This document shows, in pieces, positions 27,661 through 37,921 of a stretch of DNA of 49,461 bases; within the stretch, counting starts at the first letter, position 1, and each line of letters begins with the position of its first letter. The notes below the pieces were generated by a model. It was not told the origin of the DNA, ran no database searches, and saw only the letters and a program-made list of their open reading frames with translations. The DNA is from Campylobacterales bacterium (GTDB taxonomy: Bacteria > Campylobacterota > Campylobacteria > Campylobacterales > Sulfurimonadaceae), in the NCBI GenBank assembly GCA_038205935.1, contig JBBRBK010000007.1:1-49461 (forward strand), written 5' to 3'. Both the position numbers and the translations under genes were made by a program.

Positions 27661-29019
27661 CTAAACTATGTACTTTCCTGTAAAACATGCTGTACAGTAT
27701 TTGTCTTCATTACCTGCATTTACACTTCTAAGTAATGCTTCTTCGCTCAAATACGCCAAAGAATCCGCTTCAATAAAATCACGAATCTCCTCTATTGACA
27801 TATTTGCAGCAATAAGTTTGTCTTTATCTGGAGTATCTACACCATAAAAACATGGATCAGTTGTTGGAGGAGATGAAATACGCATGTGAACTTCTCTAGC
27901 ACCGGCATCTTTAAGCATTCTGACGATTCTTCTTGAAGTTGTTCCACGAACAATCGAGTCATCCACAACGATAACAGATTTACCTTTGATAATATCTATC
28001 ATTGGAGAGAGTTTCATCTTTACTTTCAAATCACGCATCTCTTGTGTCGGCTCAATAAAAGTACGTCCGATATAGTGATTTCTCATAATTCCCATCTCGT
28101 AAGGGATACCACTTCCCTGAGAATAACCAATCGCAGCAGGAACACCACCATCAGGAACTGGGATAATGATATCTGCATCTACAGGCTTTATTTTTGAGAG
28201 CTCAACTCCCATATTCTTTCTCATCTGGTACACGCTTTGTCCATATACACTTGAATCCGGACGAGCAAAATAAACATACTCAAAAATACAGTGTTTTGGA
28301 GTCGGTTCAAATACCTTGATACTTTGAGGCGCTTTATCGTCTTCAAATATTAAAAGCTCACCTGGTTCAACATCACGAATATATTTTGCACCGATAAGAT
28401 CAAACGCACATGTTTCACTAGCAACCACATAACCGCCATTGCCAAGACGTCCAAGGCTTAGTGGTCTAAACCCGAATCTATCACGCATAGCAAACATCTT
28501 TGTACGACTTAAAAATACAAGAGAAAATGCACCTTCTATGCGTTTAACAGCATCGATAATACGGTCAACAAGATGTTCCTGCTCACTTTTTGCAATCAAA
28601 TGAATAAGATTTTCTGTATCCATAAAAGTTTGAAATATTGCACCCTTTTTGATCAGTGCATCACGTACCTCTTTAGCATTTGTGAGATTTCCGTTATGAA
28701 CTATCGCCATCTCACCAAGATCGTATCTTGCAAATACTGGCTGTGCGTCAAGAATAGAGTCATCACCAGCAGTTGAATACCTTGTATGACCTATGGCATT
28801 ATTGCCTTTAAGAGTTTCTAATTTTTTCTCATCAAAAACTCTCATTACAAGTCCACGATCTTTAATGGTGTGAAGTTTTTTCCCATCAGCTGATGATATT
28901 CCAGCAGCTTCTTGACCACGATGCTGAAGTGCATGAAGCGAAAAATAAGCTAATTTAGACGCTTCTTTATGACCAAATATCCCAACTACAGCACACTTTT
29001 CATTCATATTTTCAAGCAA
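27661..29019 (-). CDS. purF: Amidophosphoribosyltransferase
   Basis: Short propeptide then Cys, LQHRGQ, GHTRYST, VDDSIVRGTT. Confidence 0.97.
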   Translation of the reverse strand: MLENMNEKCAVVGIFGHKEASKLAYFSLHALQHRGQEAAGISSADGKKLHTIKDRGLVMRVFDEKKLETLKGNNAIGHTRYSTAGDDSILDAQPVFARYDLGEMAIVHNGNLTNAKEVRDALIKKGAIFQTFMDTENLIHLIAKSEQEHLVDRIIDAVKRIEGAFSLVFLSRTKMFAMRDRFGFRPLSLGRLGNGGYVVASETCAFDLIGAKYIRDVEPGELLIFEDDKAPQSIKVFEPTPKHCIFEYVYFARPDSSVYGQSVYQMRKNMGVELSKIKPVDADIIIPVPDGGVPAAIGYSQGSGIPYEMGIMRNHYIGRTFIEPTQEMRDLKVKMKLSPMIDIIKGKSVIVVDDSIVRGTTSRRIVRMLKDAGAREVHMRISSPPTTDPCFYGVDTPDKDKLIAANMSIEEIRDFIEADSLAYLSEEALLRSVNAGNEDKYCTACFTGKYIV

Positions 29020-29100
29020 GATACAATCCTCGTAAATCTAAAATAATTCTATTTGCGAATTCTACTAAAAAAGAGCTAAAAGAGCCCTTTTCAATTTGAA

Positions 29101-29868
29101 CTACAATTCCAAACAATCAGCAATACTATATAAGCCTTCAGGTTTATTTACAAGCCATTTTGCAGCGCGAAGAGCACCTTTACTAAAGGTATTTCTACTT
29201 GTTGCCGTATGATTTAGCTCTATGAATTCTCCATCATTGTAAAAGCCCACAGTATGACGCCCAACGATATCACCGCCACGTAAAGCCATAACCGCGATTT
29301 CATCTTTGCTTCTTTCACCAATGTTGCCATTTCTTCCGCTGACTCTTACTTTATCAAGGTCCAAACCTCTTGCATCAGCTGCTGAATGTGCCAATGTCAA
29401 AGCTGTTCCGCTTGGCGCATCTTTTTTGTGTCTGTGATGCTGCTCAACGATTTCGATATCAAAATCTTTTAAAGTTGCAGAAGCTAGATGCACAAGCTTA
29501 CTGAGTAGTGCAACACCAAGAGACATATTTGTCGCATACAAAATAGGCATCATTTCGCTTGCATCTTTAAGAAGATTCATTTGATGCGAGTCTAATCCAG
29601 TCGTTCCTATGACTAAAGGCTTTGGAGTTTTTACAGCTTCTTCTAGAAGAACTTGACACGCCTGAGGAAGAGAAAAGTCTACAACTATGTCACAAGCATT
29701 TAAAAAAGTATGCATATCATTTGTAACTAGAACCGATGGATCAATAGAAAAATCAAGATTTTCTCTTACATAAACAGTTGAAAGAGAAATATTATCTTCT
29801 TGCTTTAAATCCTCTATCAATAAACGACCAACTCTTCCGCTTGCTCCAAAAACTCCAACTTTAATCAT
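29101..29868 (-). CDS. dapB: 4-hydroxy-tetrahydrodipicolinate reductase
   Basis: [24 protein letters not shown]. Confidence 0.96.
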   Translation of the reverse strand: MIKVGVFGASGRVGRLLIEDLKQEDNISLSTVYVRENLDFSIDPSVLVTNDMHTFLNACDIVVDFSLPQACQVLLEEAVKTPKPLVIGTTGLDSHQMNLLKDASEMMPILYATNMSLGVALLSKLVHLASATLKDFDIEIVEQHHRHKKDAPSGTALTLAHSAADARGLDLDKVRVSGRNGNIGERSKDEIAVMALRGGDIVGRHTVGFYNDGEFIELNHTATSRNTFSKGALRAAKWLVNKPEGLYSIADCLEL

Positions 29869-30000
29869 TACATATCTTCCTTAATTTTATTTCATAAAAT
29901 GAAGTGCACCTCCATCTTTTAAAACATCAAATGAACAAAGTCCATCTGACTACGCTAACGCTGAGTTTTCTTCAGCAGAAAGCTCATTTTCTATTGTGTA

Positions 30001-30957
30001 TCAATGGTTTAACTTCTCGTCTACATAAGAGATGGCTTTGAGTGCTGCGACTGCGCCATCACCTGCGGCACATACAACTTGTTTTGGCGCTTCTATTCTG
30101 ATGTCACCAGCCGCAAAAAGTCCTGCTGTTGAAGTTCTCATACTGAGATCGACTATGACCTCTCCAGCACTATTGAGCTCGCAAAGAAAATTGCCATCTT
30201 CTTGCATCAAAACTTGATTATTTACATTATTTCCGACAAAAGTAAAAACTCCTGGAACATCAATTTCTCTTGTTTCTTTATCTTTGTTTACAACTCGAAT
30301 ACCTGTTACACCCATGGCGTCGCCATAAACTTCTTCAGGTGCAGAGTTTAATACTAACTCTATATTTTCAGTTGATTTAACGCGCGCTACCGTATTTGGA
30401 GAAGCACGGAATGTATCACGACGATGAATCAAATAAACTTTTTTACAGATTTTTGCCAAATAAAGCGCTTCTTCCAAAGCGGTATCTCCGCCACCGACAA
30501 CCGCAACTTCTTTGCCTTTATAGAAAAATCCATCACATGTAGCACAGGTACTTACTCCACGTCCAAAAAACTTATCTTCTCCTGCAAATCCTGCACGCTT
30601 AGGAGTTGAACCAGTACATACAATAGCACTGTATGCTTCTTGAGATTTACCATCACTTGTATGAATTAAAAAGTTACCGTTTTCATTTTTAGAAACGCGA
30701 GTTACTTCTGACATCTCATGTTTTAAACCAAATTTTTGACACTGCTCAGGCCACGGAATCATAAGATCCATTCCCGTAATTTCGCCCGTAACACCAGGAT
30801 AGTTTTCAATCTCGCTACTTTGAGTGATCTGTCCGCCAGGCATCCCTTTTTCATACATAATTACGTTTTCTAACCCGCCACGAGTCGTATAAAGTCCAGC
30901 CGTAAGTCCCGCAGGTCCACCACCAATAATTGCACAATCTAATATCATATTTTCCAT
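30001..30957 (-). CDS. trxB: Thioredoxin reductase
   Basis: GGGPAG, CATCDG, GGGDTA, FAAGD. Confidence 0.96.
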   Translation of the reverse strand: MENMILDCAIIGGGPAGLTAGLYTTRGGLENVIMYEKGMPGGQITQSSEIENYPGVTGEITGMDLMIPWPEQCQKFGLKHEMSEVTRVSKNENGNFLIHTSDGKSQEAYSAIVCTGSTPKRAGFAGEDKFFGRGVSTCATCDGFFYKGKEVAVVGGGDTALEEALYLAKICKKVYLIHRRDTFRASPNTVARVKSTENIELVLNSAPEEVYGDAMGVTGIRVVNKDKETREIDVPGVFTFVGNNVNNQVLMQEDGNFLCELNSAGEVIVDLSMRTSTAGLFAAGDIRIEAPKQVVCAAGDGAVAALKAISYVDEKLNH

Positions 30958-31197
30958 CTATAACTCTTTTATTTTTGTATTTATTTGATCTAATGTATCA
31001 AGATTTTGTATCATACTATCTTGTTTATAAAGACTGTCTTTGACTTTCTTTATAATAAAAATAGATGGAGAATTATAGATATTAAAGCGCTGAATGAACT
31101 TCAAATTCGTTTTTGTATCCGAGCGCAGAAGAATGGTACTTGGAAATATGTAAATATATTAACTGTGAGTGTTGCACCAAAGAAAGAGGTAAAAACA

Positions 31198-31240
31198 GTG
31201 GTGACACCAAAAAGGCTCTTGCCTCCTTTGGCCATCACTG
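31198..31240 (-). terminator. Long hairpin immediately 3' of trxA
   Basis: Minus strand GTGATGG-CCAAAGGAGGC-AAGA-GCCTTTTTGG-TGTCACCAC then TGTTTTT. Confidence 0.55.
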
Positions 31241-31248
31241 CTCCCTAA

Positions 31249-31566
31249 TTATAATAGAGAGTTTAATTTATCTTGGAATGCTTGTTTTGAAGCAGCTCCA
31301 ACCATTTGTTCTACCATCTCACCATTTTTGAAGAACAAAATAGTTGGAATTGAACGGATACCAAATTTTACAGCAATATCTTGCTCTTCATCAGTATTTA
31401 CTTTACAGATTTTTGCTTTTCCGTCAAAATCTGCAGCCAGCTCTTCAATAACAGGAGCGATCATACGGCAAGGTCCACACCAAGGAGCCCAGAAGTCTAC
31501 CAATGCAACGCCTTCGTTAATTGTTTCTTCAAAATTTGCTGAAGTTAATTCGATGTATTTTCCCAT
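31249..31566 (-). CDS. trxA: Thioredoxin
   Basis: WCGPC, SIPT. Confidence 0.97.
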   Translation of the reverse strand: MGKYIELTSANFEETINEGVALVDFWAPWCGPCRMIAPVIEELAADFDGKAKICKVNTDEEQDIAVKFGIRSIPTILFFKNGEMVEQMVGAASKQAFQDKLNSLL

Positions 31567-31658
31567 TGTTCACATTCCTTTTTTTGTTTATATAATGGGG
31601 TATTATACAAATGATATCTTTAAACTCTCTTATAATCTGAGGGCTAATCCTCTTTACT

Positions 31659-31882
31659 TAAATTTCATGCTCTTTTTCCATGAAAATCTTGATCTTTTTT
31701 TCATCTGCTCTTGGTTGTGTTAAATTGAGCACCTTTTCAATTTTCTCTGATAATACGCCAGGATGGAGATAATAAAACCAAAAGCAATGAGGATTTTTAA
31801 AACAAGGTCATAAACTGTACCTTCTTTATATCTCGTAAGCCTCCAGAGAAAGTAAAACAAAAAGGATAAAAAATATTTTCAA
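31659..31882 (-). pseudogene. Possible collapsed relic of a membrane sensor (histidine kinase-like) gene
   Basis: Fragments in different frames: signal-like LKIFFILFVLLSLEAYEI*, TM segment WRLTRYKEGTVYDLVLKILIAFGFIISILAYYQRKLK, and EKIEKVLNLTQPRADEKKIKIF. Confidence 0.45.
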
Positions 31883-32380
31883 CTATTTTCCTAATGCTTT
31901 TATCGCATCTTCAAAACTACCTTGAACTATTTTTTTTACTGAACAAGCGATCATCAGATTTATCGGATAATCAAAATCCTCAATCATTCTCCCCTCTTTA
32001 TCAACATAAAAATCACCTGACAATGTTTTTTCGCTCGCTAAAAACTGCTCAGGATAAGCAAGAGTAGAATCCATATAACCAACTACTTCCTTGCCAAGTC
32101 CATACGCATATCCGCATTCCCAAATCGTTCCGCTGTCAGGCTCTTTACCGCGAAACGGATTCAAGTTTGCCACAACGATATCGGCTTGTTTTATCAGCTC
32201 AACATTCGCCATAAAGATATCGAGTGCTATCTTTTTTTTATCCTGATTAAAATCGATCACATTATCAAGAGGATACATCCCCTCATATCCATAATCTTTA
32301 CAAATTTGTACATACTTTTTACCAATCTCTATGGAATCTGGTTCAAAAACATCCGGCCCTGCAATATATATTTTCTTCAT
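31883..32380 (-). CDS. Nucleoside 2-deoxyribosyltransferase family protein
   Basis: IYIAGPDVF, DSGTIWECGYA, NLMI. Confidence 0.9.
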   Translation of the reverse strand: MKKIYIAGPDVFEPDSIEIGKKYVQICKDYGYEGMYPLDNVIDFNQDKKKIALDIFMANVELIKQADIVVANLNPFRGKEPDSGTIWECGYAYGLGKEVVGYMDSTLAYPEQFLASEKTLSGDFYVDKEGRMIEDFDYPINLMIACSVKKIVQGSFEDAIKALGK

Positions 32381-32531
32381 CTTTTTCTCTTATATATAAA
32401 ATAAGTGGAAAGAATAGCAATTTTTAGTAAAACAACACTTGAAATTCTCATTTTTAATAGCAAATAGCATAACTTAAAACAATGAGAACGATACCTCAAA
32501 ACAGATTTATCTCCACACGCAAATACAATTT

Positions 32532-32861
32532 CTAAAAAGTGATATTTTCTATAATCTCAATATTTGTTGGAGTGACGATAATTGCGTCGTACATGTAAGC
32601 CGATTTAACACCATTCTTTTTCAAATAGGTGTCACCAGTTTTTAGAAGTTTTTGCATTTTAGTTCGAGTGATATTTTGTACTGCAAGTTCATAGTCTTCT
32701 GCACTTTTTACTTCAACAAAATGCAAGACTTCATCTTTAAAAGCGATGATATCTATCTCACCAAACCTTGAATAAAAGTTTCGCTCAACTACTTGGTAGC
32801 CATTTTCAAGAAGATAGTTGCAAGCTTTACTTTCTGCTATATCCCCTTTTGATCTACTCAT
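32532..32861 (-). CDS. yraN: YraN (UPF0102) family protein
   Basis: G..AE..A..YL, RN, GEIDII, FVEVK. Confidence 0.9.
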   Translation of the reverse strand: MSRSKGDIAESKACNYLLENGYQVVERNFYSRFGEIDIIAFKDEVLHFVEVKSAEDYELAVQNITRTKMQKLLKTGDTYLKKNGVKSAYMYDAIIVTPTNIEIIENITF

Positions 32862-34939
32862 ACGACTGGAACTATCTCGACTTTTATGGATTTAAAAGCG
32901 GCTGTTAAAATCAGCTCGTCACTCTTATCTCCAAAGAGATTATTGATCTTTGAAGCGGCATGATGGAAAGTACAAAACAATGTCTTTGGCTGGACTTTTT
33001 CTGTAAACTCTACAGTGAGAGGAGTTGTCTCGCCGTTTTCTGATTTGAGTATGACCGTAGCTGTTGGAAAATCTGCTCTGTCACCTTCAAAAACAAGTAA
33101 GATATCTTCATCATAACGTTTGTTCAATTTTTCACTTCTTGAAGTCTGAGCGGCATTATTATAATGAGCGATTGTTCTTCCCGTCGTTAGATGATAACCC
33201 GTAAGATCTTTTTCCAATATCTCTTGAACCATCCCACGAAGTTTATATTGATGATAATGAAATTCCCCAAGCCCATCATCTGTTCTAAAATCTAACTGAT
33301 GGAGAATCGGTGTATCTTCAGTGTGAACTGGCCACTGTAACCCTCTTTTTCTATGACGTTCAAGTCTAACATAAGAAGCTCCGCTAAAACGACGATATGC
33401 CACTTCACGAACCTCATCCCAAACATCATTTGAATTTTTATAGTTAGAAGTTCCACCCATTTTGTTGTCCAAAATCTGTAACACTTCCCAGTCATCTGGA
33501 AGATCAGATTTTACTAACGGCTGAGAAAGATGCAAACGACGCATTGCATTGATATACACACCCGTTTTTTCATATGCAGATTTTACACCTACAACTATGT
33601 CCGCGCGCTGTGCGACATCGGTCATAAAGAGTTCTTGCACAAAAAGAAGCTCAAGCTTTTCAAATGCTTTATCTATTTTGTTGAGATTTGGATGAATATG
33701 TGTGATATCTTCGCCGATATTTAGTACCGCTTTGATTCGATTTTCAAGCATCTCATCCACAAGTTGGGGCGTCATCAAACCTATCTCTTTTGGCTCTTGA
33801 TAATCGGGATCATAGTACGGAAGCATTCCCATATCACAAGTTCCTTGCACGTTATTTTGTCCGCGAAGAGGCATCAGTCCAGCACCGGGTTTGCCGATAT
33901 TACCCGTCATAAGAGCTAAGTGAGTTATCGCCATAACTGCGTATGAACCATCAAGGTGTTCTGTAATTCCAAGTCCCCAAAAGATCATCGATTTTTTCAG
34001 TGCGTACTCACGCGCAATCTTTGGAATCATTTTTGAAAGAGATTCATACCCTTCGATCTCTTCAAAATATTTCGGATTTGCGTATGGATCATTTAAAATC
34101 TTTGCTTTAAAATCCAAAAATCCTTTTGTACGCTCTGCGATAAAGCTTTCATCATAAAGCTCTTCATCGATGATCGTGTAAGCGAGCATATTTAAAATCA
34201 AAAGATTTGCTTCATGAGGCATAATCGCTTTATATTTTGCAAAGCGGTGAAGTTTTATTTCGCGCACATCAAAAACTGCTAAGTTATCGTGCTCACGTGC
34301 AACATCCAAAATACGATTAGAAATAATCGGGTGCGCTTCAGTCGTATTTGAACCGATAACGATCATAAATTCGCAATTGTAAATATCATTGTAAGGGTTT
34401 GTCGCGGCACCTTCACCAATGGTTGTTCTCATCCCTTTAAGACTAGGAGAGTGACATACTCTCGCACAGTTATCCACATGCGGAGAGTTTAAAGTATGAC
34501 GGGTAAATTTTTGAAACAGGTAAGAGCTCTCACATGAAGTTCGTGCGCCTCCAATGGAGCAGACACTTTTATCTCCATACTCTTTTTGAATTGATTTTAG
34601 TTTCATAGTCGCTGCAGTCGTTGCCGCATCTAAGGTAGTTTCATACCAAGTTTCATCAAGGTCTACTAAAGTGGAAACTACACTCTCTTTAATCTCTGGA
34701 TTTTTTTCCAAGAAAGATTTACGAATACGTGGAATTCTCAGTCTATCAGGTGAATCAACAAAGTCAAAACCATACTTTCCTTTGATACAAAGTTTCCCCT
34801 GCGAAACTACACCATCTGGATGAGCAAAAATACTCTCGATTTTGTTTGTTGCCACATTTACATTTGCTGCAATATCACAACCAACCCCACAGTACGTACA
34901 AACGCTGTCTATTATCTCAATATTTTCCATCTCACTCAT
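32858..34939 (-). CDS. Molybdopterin oxidoreductase, FdhF-like catalytic subunit (Cys ligand)
   Basis: CTYCGVGC, LCIKG, DNCARVCH, PLRGQNNVQG, LTTGR. Confidence 0.88.
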   Translation of the reverse strand: MSEMENIEIIDSVCTYCGVGCDIAANVNVATNKIESIFAHPDGVVSQGKLCIKGKYGFDFVDSPDRLRIPRIRKSFLEKNPEIKESVVSTLVDLDETWYETTLDAATTAATMKLKSIQKEYGDKSVCSIGGARTSCESSYLFQKFTRHTLNSPHVDNCARVCHSPSLKGMRTTIGEGAATNPYNDIYNCEFMIVIGSNTTEAHPIISNRILDVAREHDNLAVFDVREIKLHRFAKYKAIMPHEANLLILNMLAYTIIDEELYDESFIAERTKGFLDFKAKILNDPYANPKYFEEIEGYESLSKMIPKIAREYALKKSMIFWGLGITEHLDGSYAVMAITHLALMTGNIGKPGAGLMPLRGQNNVQGTCDMGMLPYYDPDYQEPKEIGLMTPQLVDEMLENRIKAVLNIGEDITHIHPNLNKIDKAFEKLELLFVQELFMTDVAQRADIVVGVKSAYEKTGVYINAMRRLHLSQPLVKSDLPDDWEVLQILDNKMGGTSNYKNSNDVWDEVREVAYRRFSGASYVRLERHRKRGLQWPVHTEDTPILHQLDFRTDDGLGEFHYHQYKLRGMVQEILEKDLTGYHLTTGRTIAHYNNAAQTSRSEKLNKRYDEDILLVFEGDRADFPTATVILKSENGETTPLTVEFTEKVQPKTLFCTFHHAASKINNLFGDKSDELILTAAFKSIKVEIVPVV

Positions 34940-34946
34940 CCCGCTC

Positions 34947-34994
34947 TTATTTATTTTCGGAGTGTATACTTTTTTGTCTTAAAAATCGTGCAAG
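34947..34994 (-). repeat. Diverged duplicate of the 3' end of the SDR gene
   Basis: 38/48 identical, ungapped, to 35940-35987, including an 18-bp exact block; encodes LARFLRQKSIHSENK* versus LPRFLRQRVVDSSYK*. Confidence 0.75.
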
Positions 34995-35026
34995 CTTCTT
35001 GTATAGCTCTTTGTTTCAATAAACTC

Positions 35027-35920
35027 TCAGTAAACTGATTCTTTTACAATCTCCATAGTTGAAGAAGAAAGCTTAATTCGTCCCTCTGTCTTTTCAATTT
35101 CTTCTAAAATTCTGATGAAAAGGTTGGTTCTTGTCGTACGACGCTGTTTATAATCTACAACATAACGAAGATGAAATTCAATCCAATTATCTGTAGCGAT
35201 TACGCCTACCATTGGACTAATCGATTGATCTTCTACAAGTACTTGCCGCCCTAGATGCTTCCATCTCTCTTCAAACGATTCAGTATATTTACTTGTAACT
35301 TCATTGGCTACACGAGTGAGAAGCTCTATAACTTCATTCACAGGACTTCCATAATGCACGGGAAGTTTGAGTTCGTCCCATAAAAATGGAAACTCACCTG
35401 AGTAGTTATAGACCGCATCTTTAAAAATAAAATTATTTGCAATGCGAACAACTCGTCCTGTGTATTGGTCACTTCTTACCCATTCGCCACACTCCATCAA
35501 CGTAGTGCTCAACACTCCGATATCAATAACATCTCCGGTTATGGCACCCACTTTGACCCGATCTCCCACTTTATAAAAAGAGGAAAAGATGATAACAAGC
35601 CATCCAGCAATACTAGCGATCACCGTTTGAAGAGAAAATGCAATTCCACCACCGATGATGCCAAAAAATACAGCAAAATTTCCCATATCTTTTTTAAAAG
35701 TAGAAAGTAAAATGATAATGAAAATGAGATATCCAAGAAAAGCGATCACTTTTTGTAAACGGTAGCGAACACTTTTATCCTGTACTTTTTCACTTACAAC
35801 TCTTCGTATGAAATAGATAATCAGTAAAAGAACACTAAGAGTTATCATGGAAGAAACTATTTTCCCACCAAAATTCTCCAAGAAACTGTAATTCATCAAA
35901 GTATCAAGAAAATTATCCAT
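35027..35920 (-). CDS. MscS family mechanosensitive channel
   Basis: TM helices, GGIAFSLQ, KVGDRV..G.V..IG..ST, beta-domain. Confidence 0.92.
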   Translation of the reverse strand: MDNFLDTLMNYSFLENFGGKIVSSMITLSVLLLIIYFIRRVVSEKVQDKSVRYRLQKVIAFLGYLIFIIILLSTFKKDMGNFAVFFGIIGGGIAFSLQTVIASIAGWLVIIFSSFYKVGDRVKVGAITGDVIDIGVLSTTLMECGEWVRSDQYTGRVVRIANNFIFKDAVYNYSGEFPFLWDELKLPVHYGSPVNEVIELLTRVANEVTSKYTESFEERWKHLGRQVLVEDQSISPMVGVIATDNWIEFHLRYVVDYKQRRTTRTNLFIRILEEIEKTEGRIKLSSSTMEIVKESVY

Positions 35921-35939
35921 TTGAGCAAAACTCCGTTTC

Positions 35940-36665
35940 TTATTTATATGATGAGTCTACAACTCTTTGTCTTAAAAATCGTGGAAGGAAAGTTAGAATT
36001 TTTATAAGAAAATAAAATCGAAGAGGAAAAGCATAAAAAGATTTTTTCTTTTCTATCGCCTTTACAATTCTCTGCGTTCCATCTTCTACGCTCATCAAAA
36101 AAGGCATTGAAAAATTATTTTTTTGTGTCAAAGGGGTATCAATAAATCCTGGCAAAATTGTAATCACATCTATCCCATGAGGTTTATATTTATAAGCGAT
36201 CCCCTCAGCGTAGGCGTTGAGTGCTCTTTTAGAAGAACTATATGCAACAGAACTTGGCATAGAGATAAGTGAAGCAAGTGAAGAGATAAACACAACAGTG
36301 CCGCTTTTTTGCTCTTTAAACTTTGGAAGTAAAGGCTCTAAGATAGCGTGATTTGAGAGAAGATTTGTATCATAAAGTCTTTTAAAATCATCAAAAGGAG
36401 TGACTTCTAGCGAATGTCCGATGGAGATACCGGCATTTAAAATCACCATATCAACAGAGCCTATCTCTTGTATCTTTTGTTGAAGTGTCGCAAAATCTGT
36501 GATATCAACAGCAATGATTTCACTCTTACATGTAAGGGTTTTTTGAAGTGCTTGAAGCCTTGTTGTATCTCTAGCTAAAAGGATGAGTTGATTATTTTCT
36601 TGGTCATAATGGCGCGCGAGTTCTGCGCCTATGCCACTACTTGCTCCGGTGATGAGTATCTTCAA
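35940..36665 (-). CDS. Short-chain dehydrogenase/reductase
   Basis: TGASSGIG, NAG, YxxxK (YSSSK), PGFIDT. Confidence 0.93.
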   Translation of the reverse strand: MKILITGASSGIGAELARHYDQENNQLILLARDTTRLQALQKTLTCKSEIIAVDITDFATLQQKIQEIGSVDMVILNAGISIGHSLEVTPFDDFKRLYDTNLLSNHAILEPLLPKFKEQKSGTVVFISSLASLISMPSSVAYSSSKRALNAYAEGIAYKYKPHGIDVITILPGFIDTPLTQKNNFSMPFLMSVEDGTQRIVKAIEKKKSFYAFPLRFYFLIKILTFLPRFLRQRVVDSSYK

Positions 36666-37921
36666 ACGATACGGATCATAACCGGTTTGGAGTTTACAAA
36701 GTCAAGTTCTTCAATACTTAAAATCATATTTTGTATATCTTTTTCTATCGCTGTGTGTGTTGAGATGAGGAGATTTGCACTCGCATCACGCGAAGGACGT
36801 TGCAAGATTGTCTCTATTGAGATATTGTGATTTGCAAAAATAGTCGTAATCTTTGAAAGAACGCCTGCTTTGTCTGAAACATTGATACGAAGATAGTATT
36901 TTGATTCTATCTCTTCTATAGATTTTAGTTTCAGTCCGCCCTCAAGAGGCTTATCAAATCCAAGCATCGGCTTACTTTTTCCACTTCTTGCAATATCGAT
37001 GATATTTGCGATAACAGCACTCGCCGTAGCATCGCCACCAGCTCCTGCGCCATAATAAAGCGTTTCACCCACTTTATCACCCACAACACTGATACCATTC
37101 ATAACACCATCAATCTTTGCGATCATCTCATCTTCATCGATTAAAGATGCATGCACACGAAGCTCCACTTCATTACCGATTTTTTTAGCAATTCCCAAAA
37201 GTTTGATTCTATAACCAAACTCTTTTGCAAAGCTAATATCATCTTGAGTAATGTTTTGAATCCCCTCGATCAAAATCTCTTCAGGTTTTGCATCAATTCC
37301 ATAAGCGATGCTCGCCAAAATGAGAAGTTTATGAGCCGCATCAAATCCACCGACATCAAACGTGGGATCAGATTCTGCGTAACCGAGTTCTTGCGCTTCT
37401 TTTAGGATCGAAGTATAAGACACGCCCTCAGCACTCATCTTAGTGAGCATATAGTTACATGTACCGTTCATGATGCCCATAATCGACTGGATATGATTTG
37501 CAGAAAGCCCATCACGAAGGGCGTTAATGATAGGAATACCACCAGCGACACTCGCTTCATACTCAAAAGCAAGATCCCCTGCGAGTTCTTGGAGTTCATA
37601 ACGGTGATAGGCTAAAAGCGCTTTGTTTGCAGTGACAACTGCTTTGCCGTTTTTAAGTGCGCGCTTGACAACTTCAAAAGCATCTTCAACGCCACCCATT
37701 AGTTCTACGACAATGTCGATTTCAGGGTCATGTAGTACATCATCTGCATTATCACTTAAAGAGATATCAAGATCTCTTTTCTTCGATAGGTCGCGAACAA
37801 CTCCGCTTTTTACTTCTATCTTTGTTCCAGCGCGAGCAGAGATGATCTCCTGATTATCTTTTAAGATATTTACTACTGATGTTCCTACAGTTCCGACACC
37901 AATAATTCCAACTTTGATCAC
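36662..37921 (-). CDS. hom: Homoserine dehydrogenase
   Basis: GVGTVG, VVTANKA, EASVAGGIP, NGTCNY, C-terminal ACT domain. Confidence 0.96.
   Translation of the reverse strand: MIKVGIIGVGTVGTSVVNILKDNQEIISARAGTKIEVKSGVVRDLSKKRDLDISLSDNADDVLHDPEIDIVVELMGGVEDAFEVVKRALKNGKAVVTANKALLAYHRYELQELAGDLAFEYEASVAGGIPIINALRDGLSANHIQSIMGIMNGTCNYMLTKMSAEGVSYTSILKEAQELGYAESDPTFDVGGFDAAHKLLILASIAYGIDAKPEEILIEGIQNITQDDISFAKEFGYRIKLLGIAKKIGNEVELRVHASLIDEDEMIAKIDGVMNGISVVGDKVGETLYYGAGAGGDATASAVIANIIDIARSGKSKPMLGFDKPLEGGLKLKSIEEIESKYYLRINVSDKAGVLSKITTIFANHNISIETILQRPSRDASANLLISTHTAIEKDIQNMILSIEELDFVNSKPVMIRIV

Noticed and set aside
31608..31640. Possible duplicate of the yraN 3' end upstream of trxA
   Set aside because: Only short AT-rich matches needing a gap; region is explained as the trxA promoter.
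31006..31723. Three + strand ORFs around trxA (80, 72 and 131 aa)
   Set aside because: Shadow or intergenic ORFs without SD or recognisable motifs.
34450..34480. Selenocysteine recoding in the FdhF-like gene
   Set aside because: The ligand codon is Cys (ARVCH) and the frame is open.
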